Source: a virus
Taxonomy: Duplodnaviria; Caudoviricetes
Virus record (IMG/VR): IMGVR_UViG_3300020049_005939
Location: 10,891-74,890 of that record
Length of the DNA stretch: 64,000 nt
Strand: one strand, 5' to 3'
Of the stretch, positions 1 to 9,419 are shown one piece after another (the stretch's first letter is position 1; the number at the start of each line of letters is the position of its first letter). Made by a program: the position numbers and the translations under genes. The notes beneath the pieces were generated by a model. That model ran no database searches. It worked only from the letters and a program-made list of their open reading frames with translations, and was not told the DNA's origin.

Positions 1-2
1 TG

Positions 3-176
3 GGTACTCCGACTAAGGTGAATACAACATGCCATACTAAATATTTTATTTCTATAGTAAGAGGCAAAAGAATATATGTCATTAATGGCATACCCACAAC
101 AAAAGAAGAATTCTATAAACAATTTCGCGATGAACCTATTAGAATAATGAGAAAAATATTTGATGACAAGGATTAA
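3..176 (+). CDS. 5'-truncated small ORF carrying the shared C-terminal helix
   Basis: Open frame from window start, ...TTKEEFYKQFRDEPIRIMRKIFDDKD*; read by hand, not in the ORF track. Confidence 0.65.
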   Translation, partial: GTPTKVNTTCHTKYFISIVRGKRIYVINGIPTTKEEFYKQFRDEPIRIMRKIFDDKD

Positions 177-399
177 ATACATCAAACACAAAGGATACAC
201 AGAATCTAAACACTGGTATTTCCTTAATAACACCCTCTACAAGATCTATATCAATGATAACACTTTATATTTAAAATCTATGTCAAATCAATTGACTGTT
301 ATAGAAAAAGATGTTACAATTAGTAAGGCTAAGAAATTAGCTAAAAAATATTTAATGGATAATAAAGTTAAATTTTATGATGGGATTAGATTAAAATGA
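160..399 (+). CDS. hypothetical protein
   Basis: 79-aa ORF coupled to both neighbours by overlapping stop/start. Confidence 0.55.
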   Translation: MMTRIKYIKHKGYTESKHWYFLNNTLYKIYINDNTLYLKSMSNQLTVIEKDVTISKAKKLAKKYLMDNKVKFYDGIRLK

Positions 400-704
400 C
401 TATCTTTCTTTACATCCTTGAGGGTATGTTTGCCTACACCCTAACGGCCTTAGTTATATTTGGATGGTTGACATATAAAGATCCTATGGATGAGAGGATA
501 AACTATTTATTGTCCTGGGTGTGGCCGATCACCTTTTCACTGGCTGTGCTTTTTTGGCTAGTAAAACCATTCAGTTTTGCTTTTACTAGTGTTCAAATCT
601 GGGCGCAAGAGAAACGCAAACAAAGGGACCATTTCTTATCCTTATCTCCAGAAGAACAGTCTAGATATAAACTTCAAAAGAAATTAAAGAATAACTTTAA
701 ATGA
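396..704 (+). CDS. two-TM membrane protein with shared C-terminal helix
   Basis: Two hydrophobic segments; ends YKLQKKLKNNFK. Confidence 0.65.
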   Translation: MTIFLYILEGMFAYTLTALVIFGWLTYKDPMDERINYLLSWVWPITFSLAVLFWLVKPFSFAFTSVQIWAQEKRKQRDHFLSLSPEEQSRYKLQKKLKNNFK

Positions 705-991
705 CACATCATGAATTTGTATCAGCGGATATGCATACGTTAAGAGTAGCAACTAAAAACTATCCTAATGGTGTGCCTGCTTTTTATGAAAAACAAAACC
801 TATATGAATTACATACTAAATATCTCATACACACCTCTCTTCATTGCCCAGATAGCTGGGCAGTTAAAACTCCCTCTGGTTACGTTTCATATTGGCTTAA
901 TGGAAAACAATGCATAACACCCGATGAAATTAATCCAATACTTGCAATGGAAAAAATGAAAGATGTGTTTTCGGACGTAGACGATGATTAA
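701..991 (+). CDS. small protein with shared C-terminal helix
   Basis: Ends MEKMKDVFSDVDDD. Confidence 0.65.
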   Translation: MTHHEFVSADMHTLRVATKNYPNGVPAFYEKQNLYELHTKYLIHTSLHCPDSWAVKTPSGYVSYWLNGKQCITPDEINPILAMEKMKDVFSDVDDD

Positions 992-1397
992 ACTAGAACC
1001 TAACACATTAGTTCAGTCTGCTTCAGGACATGAATGGAAATTCATTGAGTATTACGATGGTGACAAAGAGAAGTGGATGGACATGAAGACTGGACTAGTT
1101 TGGTATGATGTTGAGGATGGTATGATGAATCATCGTAAAGCTATTGAACTATTTAACACTGATGATAAACGATTGCCTACTAAAGAAGAGTGGGAAGAAG
1201 CAGAGAAGCATGAAATTAGATTTGTATTACCTAATTTTGACAATATGTGGTTCTTGTCTTCGTCGGTTCACCCCGGCTTCTCCAATGTCGCCTACGTCTT
1301 CAGTGGGCGGGATGGCGACATCGTCACCGGCCTCCGTGACGTCGCCGGCTATTCGGTTCGTTGTATTTCGAGTAAATCGAAAAGGGCGCGGCGCTAG
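984..1397 (+). CDS. Lcl/DUF1566-like (C-type lectin fold) protein, copy 1, with DGR-like variable region
   Basis: Motifs DMKTGLVW, RLPTKEEW, SSSVHP, SVRC; 3' end is GC-rich and rich in NNC codons. Confidence 0.8.
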   Translation: MIKLEPNTLVQSASGHEWKFIEYYDGDKEKWMDMKTGLVWYDVEDGMMNHRKAIELFNTDDKRLPTKEEWEEAEKHEIRFVLPNFDNMWFLSSSVHPGFSNVAYVFSGRDGDIVTGLRDVAGYSVRCISSKSKRARR

Positions 1398-1443
1398 CGT
1401 GGAATAATCATAAGATGCTTAAGAAACTTAAGGATATCTTTTA

Positions 1444-1731
1444 ATGAAAAAAATGTTTTTATTTTTCAATACAATGAATAGATATAGAATAGTTGGAAAC
1501 ATTGTTCATATATCTACCCCAAGAGAATCAAACAAAAAAGAACACCCATTATCCCGAGAATTATTTCGAGAAAGAGCATCTAAGATCTTTGTTGTTTGGA
1601 AATTTTTGTTCCCCGAATATGAATATAACGGAAAAAAAGTTTCTAGAGAAACCTTCAAAAAAGAACTAAAAAAATATACCGAGAAACAAAGATTAACACT
1701 AAAATTAATGAATTCTTTCGATGAAACTTAA
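1444..1731 (+). CDS. small protein with shared C-terminal helix
   Basis: Ends VSRETFKKELKKYTEKQRLTLKLMNSFDET. Confidence 0.65.
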   Translation: MKKMFLFFNTMNRYRIVGNIVHISTPRESNKKEHPLSRELFRERASKIFVVWKFLFPEYEYNGKKVSRETFKKELKKYTEKQRLTLKLMNSFDET

Positions 1732-2080
1732 ATACTTTAAATTAGCAAAAAAGATGTCCAAGTTTAGCACCCATTCCCAGCATCAATTGGGAGCGGTCAT
1801 AGTTCGTAAAACTCAAATAGTTGGGTTAGGTTTTAATCAAATTAAAACTCATAGCAAAAGCCCCCATCCATATAAGTCTATACACGCAGAGTTCTCTGCT
1901 ATTCTCAATAGTGGAGAATCTGATCTAAAGAATCACGATATTTACATCTATAGAGAAAAGAAAGATGGAACACTGGGAGATTCTTTCCCTTGTACAGTTT
2001 GTCTTAAAATGTTAACAGATCTTAACATAGGTAACATCTTTTACATTAAAAATAACCAATTTGAGAAGCATCGTGTATAA
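1721..2080 (+). CDS. cytidine/dCMP deaminase-family zinc protein
   Basis: HAE (SIHAEF) and PCxxC (FPCTVC) zinc motifs. Confidence 0.85.
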   Translation: MKLKYFKLAKKMSKFSTHSQHQLGAVIVRKTQIVGLGFNQIKTHSKSPHPYKSIHAEFSAILNSGESDLKNHDIYIYREKKDGTLGDSFPCTVCLKMLTDLNIGNIFYIKNNQFEKHRV

Positions 2081-2348
2081 ATCGGGGTATTGTATAGATG
2101 GGTGGCATTCTAAGCGATATTACATATTTAATGACGTAATGCTCATTGGTAGAAAAATCCAAAGATCGGCTTTAGTCGCTTCTAATGCTACTCATTGGAG
2201 TGTCATTTATGACAAGTATAATTGTTTTTTCTTAGTAAATGGAGTAACGGATAAAAAACACTTGACAAGAATTTCTATAAAAAAAGAGTTGCAAAATAGA
2301 AAACTTAAACATATACTCATAGATGTCTTTAAGGAGGACAAAGAATGA
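2061..2348 (+). CDS. small protein with shared C-terminal helix
   Basis: Ends RKLKHILIDVFKEDKE. Confidence 0.55.
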   Translation: MRSIVYKSGYCIDGWHSKRYYIFNDVMLIGRKIQRSALVASNATHWSVIYDKYNCFFLVNGVTDKKHLTRISIKKELQNRKLKHILIDVFKEDKE

Positions 2349-3418
2349 AACCAACTAAGATTTTTGATATGATGGATTTGGCAATGCGAGCAAGGGATTT
2401 GGGATTAACCTTTAACCCCCTTTTTGTGGGACCCCCGGGGTTAGGTAAGTCGGAGATTGTTCAACAATGGTGCGGTAAAGAGAAGATTCCATTTATTGAT
2501 CTACGAGCTGCTCTTTTGGAAGCTCCCGATCTAATCGGCTTCCCTGTTGTAACAATGATCGCCGGTAGACAGACCACCGTACACGCTACGCCCGACTTTT
2601 GGCCTACAGAAGGCAGAGGAGTCATCTTCCTCGACGAAGTTAATAGGGGAACTACAAGCGTTATGAACTGCTTCATGCAGCTACTAACTGATCGTAAAGT
2701 TAAACAATACACCCTTCCACAAGGATGGGTTGTTGTTGCGGCCATTAACCCTGAAAACGCGGAGTATGACGTTAATACTATGGACCCAGCTCTTCGAGAT
2801 CGATTTGAGCTATTTGAAGTATCTTATGATAAGTCTTCTTTCATGGAATTCATGAAGTCTAATGACTGGGATAAATCTGTAGTCAATTTTATCGAATCTA
2901 ATGTGTGGCAATACGTTCGACCAGAAGAGTTGAGCAATGTCCCTGGAGCTAAGTACCTATCTCCACGAACCTTCTCAAAGCTCAACACTGCGCTTAAAGC
3001 GGGTATTAACTCTAAAGAAGATGAATTGATTATCTTTGAATCAGTTCTCGGACGAAATACAGGCTCTTCTTTCTTTCATTTTCGACATAACGAGTCTCCT
3101 GTGCTATTTAAAGACTTAGTTACCGATACTAAGAATGCTCTTAAGAAACTCAAGAAGTACAGCAATCCTGAGGATCTTAAGAATGGATACATCAGTGTTA
3201 CTGTTAAGGATATTATCGAGAATGATGGAGAACCAACTTTAATCACTGACGAACTGTTGATTGATATCCTTAAGATTATTCCTGCTGACCAAGCTCCCCA
3301 ATTGGTATTGGACCTAGCCCTTAAACGCGGCGACCATAAAGGGGAAATCTTCGAACGACTTAAGAAAGATAAAGATCTTAAGAAGCTACTTTCTACTATA
3401 CTTCACCATAAAGGGTAG
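2345..3418 (+). CDS. MoxR-like AAA+ ATPase
   Basis: Walker A GPPGLGKS, Walker B IFLDEVNR, AAINP sensor, DPALRDRF arginine finger. Confidence 0.85.
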   Translation: MKPTKIFDMMDLAMRARDLGLTFNPLFVGPPGLGKSEIVQQWCGKEKIPFIDLRAALLEAPDLIGFPVVTMIAGRQTTVHATPDFWPTEGRGVIFLDEVNRGTTSVMNCFMQLLTDRKVKQYTLPQGWVVVAAINPENAEYDVNTMDPALRDRFELFEVSYDKSSFMEFMKSNDWDKSVVNFIESNVWQYVRPEELSNVPGAKYLSPRTFSKLNTALKAGINSKEDELIIFESVLGRNTGSSFFHFRHNESPVLFKDLVTDTKNALKKLKKYSNPEDLKNGYISVTVKDIIENDGEPTLITDELLIDILKIIPADQAPQLVLDLALKRGDHKGEIFERLKKDKDLKKLLSTILHHKG

Positions 3419-3446
3419 TGTATAGTAATTGTATTGGAGGTAATTA

Positions 3447-4670
3447 ATGGAAGATCTAAAGGGAAGACAACTAGCATCTGCTATCTATAAACTGCTGAGT
3501 GATGAACCTTTCTATGGGGCATTCTTACAATCGTTAACTATTTTTTATAGTGAAATGGTTCCGACTGCCGCTATCTTTTTTGATAAACATTCTAAAGAAT
3601 TTAAAATTACTATCAATGATAAATTTTTTAATTCATTAGTGTTGGACGAAAAGGCTGGGGTTCTTCACCATGAGGTTCTTCATTTTGTTCATAAACACAT
3701 GCTTCGTTTATTCACAAGCGAATGTATGAATGATAGAAATGAAATGATGTTGAGAAATGTCGCCGCTGATATGGCAATTAATCAACAGATTAAAGTCTTA
3801 CCTAAAGATTGTGTAGATTATAAAAAATGGAAACTTAAGTCGGGAGAAATTTTTCCACCCAACCAAACTTCTGAAACTTATTTAGATTTGCTTCGTAACA
3901 ACAAAGAAGCCAATAAAGATAAGTTTAAGCAAAAAGGTGAAGATGGCGAGGATGGAGAACCAGGAGAAGGGGAAGGTGTTTTCGATAAACATTTCTACGA
4001 TAGTCTTACTGACGAAGAAAAGCAAAAGTTTCTAGATGAATCTAAAAAACTGATTCAAAGAAGCATTGAGAAATTGAATCACGATTACTCAAAGGTGCCT
4101 CAATCCGTTAAAGATCTTCTACAAGACATTGATGGGATGAATACTAATATTAATTATAAACAGATTCTTAAGAATGCTATTAAGAAAACTGTGTCTTGCC
4201 AGGATAGGTCCAGCACATGGAAACGTCCAAACAAACGGTACGGAGTGTACTCCCCCGGAACAAAGCTTGGTAATCTACCGCAATTAGATTTCTATATTGA
4301 CACTTCGGGTAGTATTTCTTACAAAGAACTTAGTTCATTTTTAAATATTATGAATGAGTTTTTGAAGGTTGGTGTAAGAACTTGCGATCTGTTCTTGTGG
4401 CATACGTCTGTATATAAACATAAGAAACATAAAAAAAATAACCCATTTAAAGAAAATGAAGTTGAAGCGGGTGGGACTGACATCAGCGAAGCGATGGCTT
4501 CTATTAAGAAACGTAGACCCGACCTTGCCATTATTTTAACCGATGGATACTACGAGATGGCTAATGTGGCAATCGACTCTCAAGTAATCTTTATTATCTC
4601 CGAAGGAGGCAATATGAATCACCCATTAGCTAAAATTGGAAAGACTATTGGATTTGGTGGATTAAAATGA
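3447..4670 (+). CDS. metallopeptidase-vWA protein (DUF2201-like), partner of the AAA
   Basis: HEVLH zincin motif, acidic/Gly linker, MIDAS IDTSGS, GGTD and ILTDG. Confidence 0.85.
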   Translation: MEDLKGRQLASAIYKLLSDEPFYGAFLQSLTIFYSEMVPTAAIFFDKHSKEFKITINDKFFNSLVLDEKAGVLHHEVLHFVHKHMLRLFTSECMNDRNEMMLRNVAADMAINQQIKVLPKDCVDYKKWKLKSGEIFPPNQTSETYLDLLRNNKEANKDKFKQKGEDGEDGEPGEGEGVFDKHFYDSLTDEEKQKFLDESKKLIQRSIEKLNHDYSKVPQSVKDLLQDIDGMNTNINYKQILKNAIKKTVSCQDRSSTWKRPNKRYGVYSPGTKLGNLPQLDFYIDTSGSISYKELSSFLNIMNEFLKVGVRTCDLFLWHTSVYKHKKHKKNNPFKENEVEAGGTDISEAMASIKKRRPDLAIILTDGYYEMANVAIDSQVIFIISEGGNMNHPLAKIGKTIGFGGLK

Positions 4671-5065
4671 AAAAACTAGAGCCTAATACATTAGTTCAGT
4701 CTGTCTCTGGTCATCAATGGAAGTTCATTGAATATTACGATGGTAATAAAGAAAAGTGGATGGATGTGCAGACTGGACTAGTTTGGTATGATGTCGAAGA
4801 CAAGTCAATGGATCATTATAAAGCTATTGAACTATTTAACACTGATGATAAACGATTACCAACTAGAGAAGAGTGGGAAGAAGCAGAGAAACATGAGATT
4901 AGATTTGTATTACCTAATTTTAACGATAAGCGGTTCTGGTCTTCGTCGGTTCACCCCGACTACTCCTATTACGCCTACTACTTCGTTGGGCGCGGTGGAG
5001 GCTTCGGCCACGGTGTTCGCGGCTTGGTCTACGACGGTTCGGGCCGTTGTGTGGGAAAACTATGA
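4667..5065 (+). CDS. Lcl/DUF1566-like protein, copy 2, with DGR-like variable region
   Basis: N-terminal ~85 aa nearly identical to copy 1; WSSSVHP followed by a divergent GC-rich tail. Confidence 0.8.
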   Translation: MKKLEPNTLVQSVSGHQWKFIEYYDGNKEKWMDVQTGLVWYDVEDKSMDHYKAIELFNTDDKRLPTREEWEEAEKHEIRFVLPNFNDKRFWSSSVHPDYSYYAYYFVGRGGGFGHGVRGLVYDGSGRCVGKL

Positions 5066-5247
5066 AAAACACTATACTAGAATATAACACTGGTGAATAT
5101 CTAGGTCAACTTGGTGAGAATCGATTTCTCTTTACAAAAGGTTCCACTAACCATATACTATTTACAATGAAGTCAGAAAAAGAAATCCTTTTTGATTTAG
5201 CTAAAAAACAATTAGAGGAAGTGTTTAATGATGAAGAAACTGATTAA
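5062..5247 (+). CDS. small protein with shared C-terminal helix
   Basis: ATGA overlap with copy 2 suggests a start at 5062; ends LAKKQLEEVFNDEETD. Confidence 0.6.
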   Translation: MKNTILEYNTGEYLGQLGENRFLFTKGSTNHILFTMKSEKEILFDLAKKQLEEVFNDEETD

Positions 5248-5764
5248 GTATGGAATAGTATTTAAAGTATTTACCGCTATCTGTCTATTTCCAAACACTT
5301 CTTATCCTAGAGAGAAGAGTAACGAACTAAGTGTTGCATATGGATTGGGGGTATTTAACTCGGCTAAATCTTCGATTGCTGAAACTAAAACAGCTAATTT
5401 GGCTTATCGTTATTTTCTAGTCCCTGGAATTTACCTACAAAGTCGAGCAGGGTTTTGGGGTGATGGATCTAGAAATGAAAATAGACGCAGTAGTAGCTAC
5501 GGATCATTAGGTCCAGGTATTGAGGTAGATCTTAAGCCGATTGAGCTTAGGAGTGGGTGGGGGGTAGCGTACATTAGTACTCCCGACAGTTTTTTAGGTG
5601 CCCGCATCCCTCAATTTAATGGCGATTTATACGTTGGAGTAAGGGATAAGAACTCTAATGGTATTGGGATGTCATATGGTCATATTTCCAATGCGGGAAT
5701 TAAACCAGGGGTAGTTAATAAAGGTAGAGATTTCTTAGTTTTAGAAATATCTAAAAAGTGGTAA
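5228..5764 (+). CDS. pagL: outer-membrane beta-barrel, PagL-like lipid A 3-O-deacylase
   Basis: N-terminal signal-like segment, alternating beta-strands, HISNAGI...N.G motif, terminal Trp. Confidence 0.7.
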   Translation: MMKKLIKYGIVFKVFTAICLFPNTSYPREKSNELSVAYGLGVFNSAKSSIAETKTANLAYRYFLVPGIYLQSRAGFWGDGSRNENRRSSSYGSLGPGIEVDLKPIELRSGWGVAYISTPDSFLGARIPQFNGDLYVGVRDKNSNGIGMSYGHISNAGIKPGVVNKGRDFLVLEISKKW

Positions 5765-6160
5765 ATGAAACGTAAATACTACAAAGAAGACTTTATAGAA
5801 TTAAAATTACCTAACTTAAATTCTTTAAGGGGTTCAACTAAAAAACAAATGGGACCTATGGAAAAACTCCAAGATTGGTTTATTAAAGAAGTTGGATTAG
5901 AAACTGCTAGAGGTTCTTGGTTAAAGCTTCATCTCCGATTAGAAGAAGAAAAAAAGATTGACAAACTTACTTACAAGTATTGTAAATCTAAATACCCTTG
6001 GGTAACTAGACAAGGTGCAAATTCAGCAGTGGCCATGTATAATCTACAACTTGCTCCCGCTAGTTTTTTATCAAACCCTAAATGGACCCGGAAGGGTTAC
6101 GCTTATCTTAAAAAAGAACCAATTGATAAACTGAAAGAGGCATTTCCATATGAAGTATAA
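5765..6160 (+). CDS. hypothetical protein
   Basis: 131-aa ORF; KLKEAF near the C-terminus is a weak match to the shared helix. Confidence 0.55.
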   Translation: MKRKYYKEDFIELKLPNLNSLRGSTKKQMGPMEKLQDWFIKEVGLETARGSWLKLHLRLEEEKKIDKLTYKYCKSKYPWVTRQGANSAVAMYNLQLAPASFLSNPKWTRKGYAYLKKEPIDKLKEAFPYEV

Positions 6161-6389
6161 AGTAGTCTCCTTTAACGGCGAGCGTTGCTTACCCATTAAA
6201 AGTAAACCTCATTTAGAAGATGCCCTAAAATTACAGGAAGATTACGGGTTATTTCATTTAACTCTTGACGAAGTTGCTGAAACATGGGAAACTTATTCAG
6301 AAGACTACTACTGCGCTAGTTGGTTAGTCGATAATAAAGAATCAGTCGAAGAAGCCTTCGGCGTTCAATTGGAGGAAATTAAAGAATGA
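6150..6389 (+). CDS. hypothetical acidic protein
   Basis: 79-aa coupled ORF. Confidence 0.55.
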   Translation: MKYKVVSFNGERCLPIKSKPHLEDALKLQEDYGLFHLTLDEVAETWETYSEDYYCASWLVDNKESVEEAFGVQLEEIKE

Positions 6390-6505
6390 AATTGTTTCTA
6401 TATTTAATTATTGTTACCAGTCTATGTGGGTGTGTTACACTAACCACACAAGATAAAGTTAATCCAAATCCACCTTTCTTTAAAGAAGGAAAGTATCAGC
6501 GATGA
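6386..6505 (+). CDS. small putative lipoprotein (39 aa)
   Basis: MKLFLYLIIVTSLCGCVTLTT...; lipobox LCGC; ATGA overlaps at both ends; not in the ORF track. Confidence 0.55.
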   Translation: MKLFLYLIIVTSLCGCVTLTTQDKVNPNPPFFKEGKYQR

Positions 6506-7527
6506 GATCCCTAGCTTTTGATGATGTCTTAATTCTACCAAAATTTTCATCTATTCAATCTAGAGCTGATGTTAGCTTAGTTAACACTTTACATGATCTT
6601 AACTTGGGTGTACCGATTATTTCGAGTAACATGGATACTATCACTGAAGTCAATATGGCTAAAGCTCTCAATAAAGTTGGAGCAGCGGGAGCTTTGCATC
6701 GCTTTACAAGCATCGAGAATAATGTAGAGATGTTTAAAGCGTCCGAATGTAATCCAATTGTGTCCATTGGAGTGGGAGACAAAGAATTTGAACGAGCTAA
6801 AGCTCTGATAGAAGCCGGAGCAACTAAAGTTCTTATCGATGTTGCTCACGGAGCATCCATCCAGACTGTCCAGCAGTACGACAGACTGCGCGTTGCTTAC
6901 CCTAGTCTATTCATCATTGTTGGCAACTTCGCAACGTATGAGTCATTTACAGCGTTTATGAGTCATTCCACAAGCGGGTTTCCACCAGACGCACTGAAGC
7001 TCGGGCTAGGCGGCGGAGGACTTTGTAGCACAAGAGTTGTCACCGGATGCGGGTTGCCAACATTGGCTACACTTCTTGACTTTAGAGCAAAGACAAAGAT
7101 TAAATTGATTGCCGATGGCGGCATCAAGAACTCTGGTGACATAGCTAAGGCTTTAGCCGCTGGCGCTGATTATGTAATGCTTGGTAGCCTACTAGCTGGG
7201 ACGTATGAAACCCCCGGAGAATTGCTGTCCCGACAAGAAGAGGGCAGTGGGTCATCTGAGTCTTATAAGATTTACAGAGGGTCCGCATCTAAAGAGTCAT
7301 ACGAAGCTCAGGGTAAGACTGCCACACATAGGGCACCCGAAGGTGAAAGCACTAAAGTTGCATACAAAGGACTTGTAGGTAACGTAATCCAGAACCTAGA
7401 AGGTGGGCTAAGGTCTGCTTTGTCTTATGTAGGAGCTACTAATCTAACGGAGTTTAAAGAAAAAGCACAGCTAGTAGAAATATCCACTTCGGCTCATTTA
7501 GAATCTAAACCGCACACAAAAGGATAA
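6502..7527 (+). CDS. IMP dehydrogenase/GMP reductase family enzyme without CBS domains
   Basis: FDDVLILPK, SSNMDTIT, IDVAHG, catalytic loop GGGGLCSTR, IADGGIK, YRGSAS. Confidence 0.9.
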   Translation: MRSLAFDDVLILPKFSSIQSRADVSLVNTLHDLNLGVPIISSNMDTITEVNMAKALNKVGAAGALHRFTSIENNVEMFKASECNPIVSIGVGDKEFERAKALIEAGATKVLIDVAHGASIQTVQQYDRLRVAYPSLFIIVGNFATYESFTAFMSHSTSGFPPDALKLGLGGGGLCSTRVVTGCGLPTLATLLDFRAKTKIKLIADGGIKNSGDIAKALAAGADYVMLGSLLAGTYETPGELLSRQEEGSGSSESYKIYRGSASKESYEAQGKTATHRAPEGESTKVAYKGLVGNVIQNLEGGLRSALSYVGATNLTEFKEKAQLVEISTSAHLESKPHTKG

Positions 7528-7528
7528 C

Positions 7529-8506
7529 ATGAGTAAATTCGTTGTTAAGAAGGTTACTAATATGTACATGACTCAGGAAGGCTTAGAGCTTCCTGAAAGT
7601 GATTTCTCACATATGACCCCGGACGGTCATTTTATTCAGTATGATTATATTGAAGACGAAAACTCGACCGATGTGATTGTTGAACCCGGCATTTGGAGTA
7701 TTAAGAAAAGTTCAATGGGTATGTATCTTAACAAGACTTCTTATGTTAAGGATAACATTCTCGAAGAGTTTGTAAATACTAAACAGATTGAAGAAGCGGT
7801 GGATTGCTTTATTGAAAATATTCATATTTATCCTGAACTTGGATATGAAGTGGCGCGAAGGGCGTTACTATTATACGGCCCTCCCGGTGTAGGTAAGAGT
7901 ACAGCAATTACTAAAATTATCAGTAAATACGATAGGGACGGTAAAACTGCGGTTTTGACGTGGCCGACTGACGTTCTTGATGCTTACGAAGTAAAAGAAT
8001 TTATTAAACGATTTAAGTACAAAGATGTAGAGAAACTCTTTCTTATTGCTGAGGACTTAGGTGGAGTAGAAGCATCACAAGTTAAACTGAAAAGTTCTTC
8101 GTCTATGTTATCTCTTCTAGACAATCAAGAAAAGACATTTACCCTACCTATTTTCATTATCGCCACAACTAATCACCCTGAGATTTTTCATGGTAATATC
8201 GCAAACCGTAAAGGCCGGTTTGACGACCGAATGGAAGTAACTTCCCCAGACGGAGAAACCAGAAAAAAACTGTTAACCTTCTTCAGTAAGGGACAAGCCC
8301 CCGAAGACGCTCTTAATTTGATGGCTAGCGACAAGTGTAAAAAGTTTCCTCCTGCTCACATTAAAGAAGTGTACGTTCGTCATAGACTTCGTAAAAAATC
8401 AATGAAAGATGTTATTTTAGAGCTTATTAAAGAAGACGTTGAGTTTGAAAAAGAATTTGCTAAGACTAAATCTGTTGGAATGGGATTAAGTTCTTTCGAT
8501 GATTAA
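7529..8506 (+). CDS. AAA+ ATPase (BCS1/FtsH-like AAA module)
   Basis: YGPPGVGKS, LIAEDL, ATTNHPE, RKGRFD. Confidence 0.8.
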   Translation: MSKFVVKKVTNMYMTQEGLELPESDFSHMTPDGHFIQYDYIEDENSTDVIVEPGIWSIKKSSMGMYLNKTSYVKDNILEEFVNTKQIEEAVDCFIENIHIYPELGYEVARRALLLYGPPGVGKSTAITKIISKYDRDGKTAVLTWPTDVLDAYEVKEFIKRFKYKDVEKLFLIAEDLGGVEASQVKLKSSSSMLSLLDNQEKTFTLPIFIIATTNHPEIFHGNIANRKGRFDDRMEVTSPDGETRKKLLTFFSKGQAPEDALNLMASDKCKKFPPAHIKEVYVRHRLRKKSMKDVILELIKEDVEFEKEFAKTKSVGMGLSSFDD

Positions 8507-9127
8507 ACCGCAACATTCTTGGAGAATGAATAAATATAACAATGGAATATCTGGGGTCAATAGGATGTCGTATCCTATTAATAGCAACGGTTACGCAATA
8601 AGAAGAGAAATGGTATATCTTAATAAATATCAATTAAACGAAGAAAAAGACGACGATATAGAAAGAATTATTGCCGACATAGAAAACGACTTTGGTGATT
8701 TAGATGAATAAAAGAAAATCACGGATAAACCTAGAAGACGCTTACATAGAAACCTTGGATGCTTTTGTTAATCTAAGAGAAGATAAAGTCATATCATTTG
8801 AACGATTTACCAAAGACCGAATGAAACCATCAAATAAAAAAAGCATAAAAGATATCGTTAGGGAATTTAGAGAACGACTTAAAAATGACAAAAATTTATA
8901 GTCTCGATAAGCTCCAAAAAGCCCGTCTTATGCGTAAAGACCTAGAGAAGCTAGTGCATGTGCTACAGCTTAACCTAAGCGGCCTAAGTCAATATAAGAA
9001 GTATAAAGATATTGGATTGCTTTTAGATAATATTCTTGACACAAAGACCCTCCTTGAGATACATTTAAATAGTATTAACCGATTCATTGATAGCAAAGGA
9101 CTAGTTAATGACCAATTTAAAGACTAG
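8499..9127 (+). CDS. three short hypothetical proteins (8499-8711, 8704-8901, 8885-9127)
   Basis: Translationally coupled ORFs with no recognised motif. Confidence 0.5.
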
Positions 9128-9419
9128 TAAATATTACAAGAGGAAAGCCGATAGAGCACTTGCGGACAGCAATAGGCTCCTAAAAAGAGTAGCAATGGAT
9201 ATCTTGGTCGATTTAACTGATGAAATTAATAAAGCTTCTGAGAATGGTTGCAAACGAACAACCATTAAACTTCCTCTTAATCTAGGTAACAATATGAAGC
9301 TTTTGGAACTTGAAAGAGGAATTTTAGTTTCTATACTTAACCAACCCCTTCATAAACGTGGGTTTAGTACCGAAACTGATGAATGCTTAAAATTTTTTAC
9401 AATTAGTTGGGATAATTAA
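9108..9419 (+). CDS. small protein ending ISW (paralog family member)
   Basis: EINKASENG...HKRGF...FTISWDN. Confidence 0.55.
   Translation: MTNLKTSKYYKRKADRALADSNRLLKRVAMDILVDLTDEINKASENGCKRTTIKLPLNLGNNMKLLELERGILVSILNQPLHKRGFSTETDECLKFFTISWDN

Noticed and set aside
1144-1407. Alternative-frame ORFs over the Lcl copies (also 4788-5087 and 54176-54481)
   Set aside because: Shifted readings of the same repeated DNA; the DUF1566-like frame has the motifs and the coupling signals.
984-5065. A complete DGR (RT, Avd, template repeat) in this window
   Set aside because: No ORF with RT motifs and no A-rich copy of the variable region found in any intergenic stretch.
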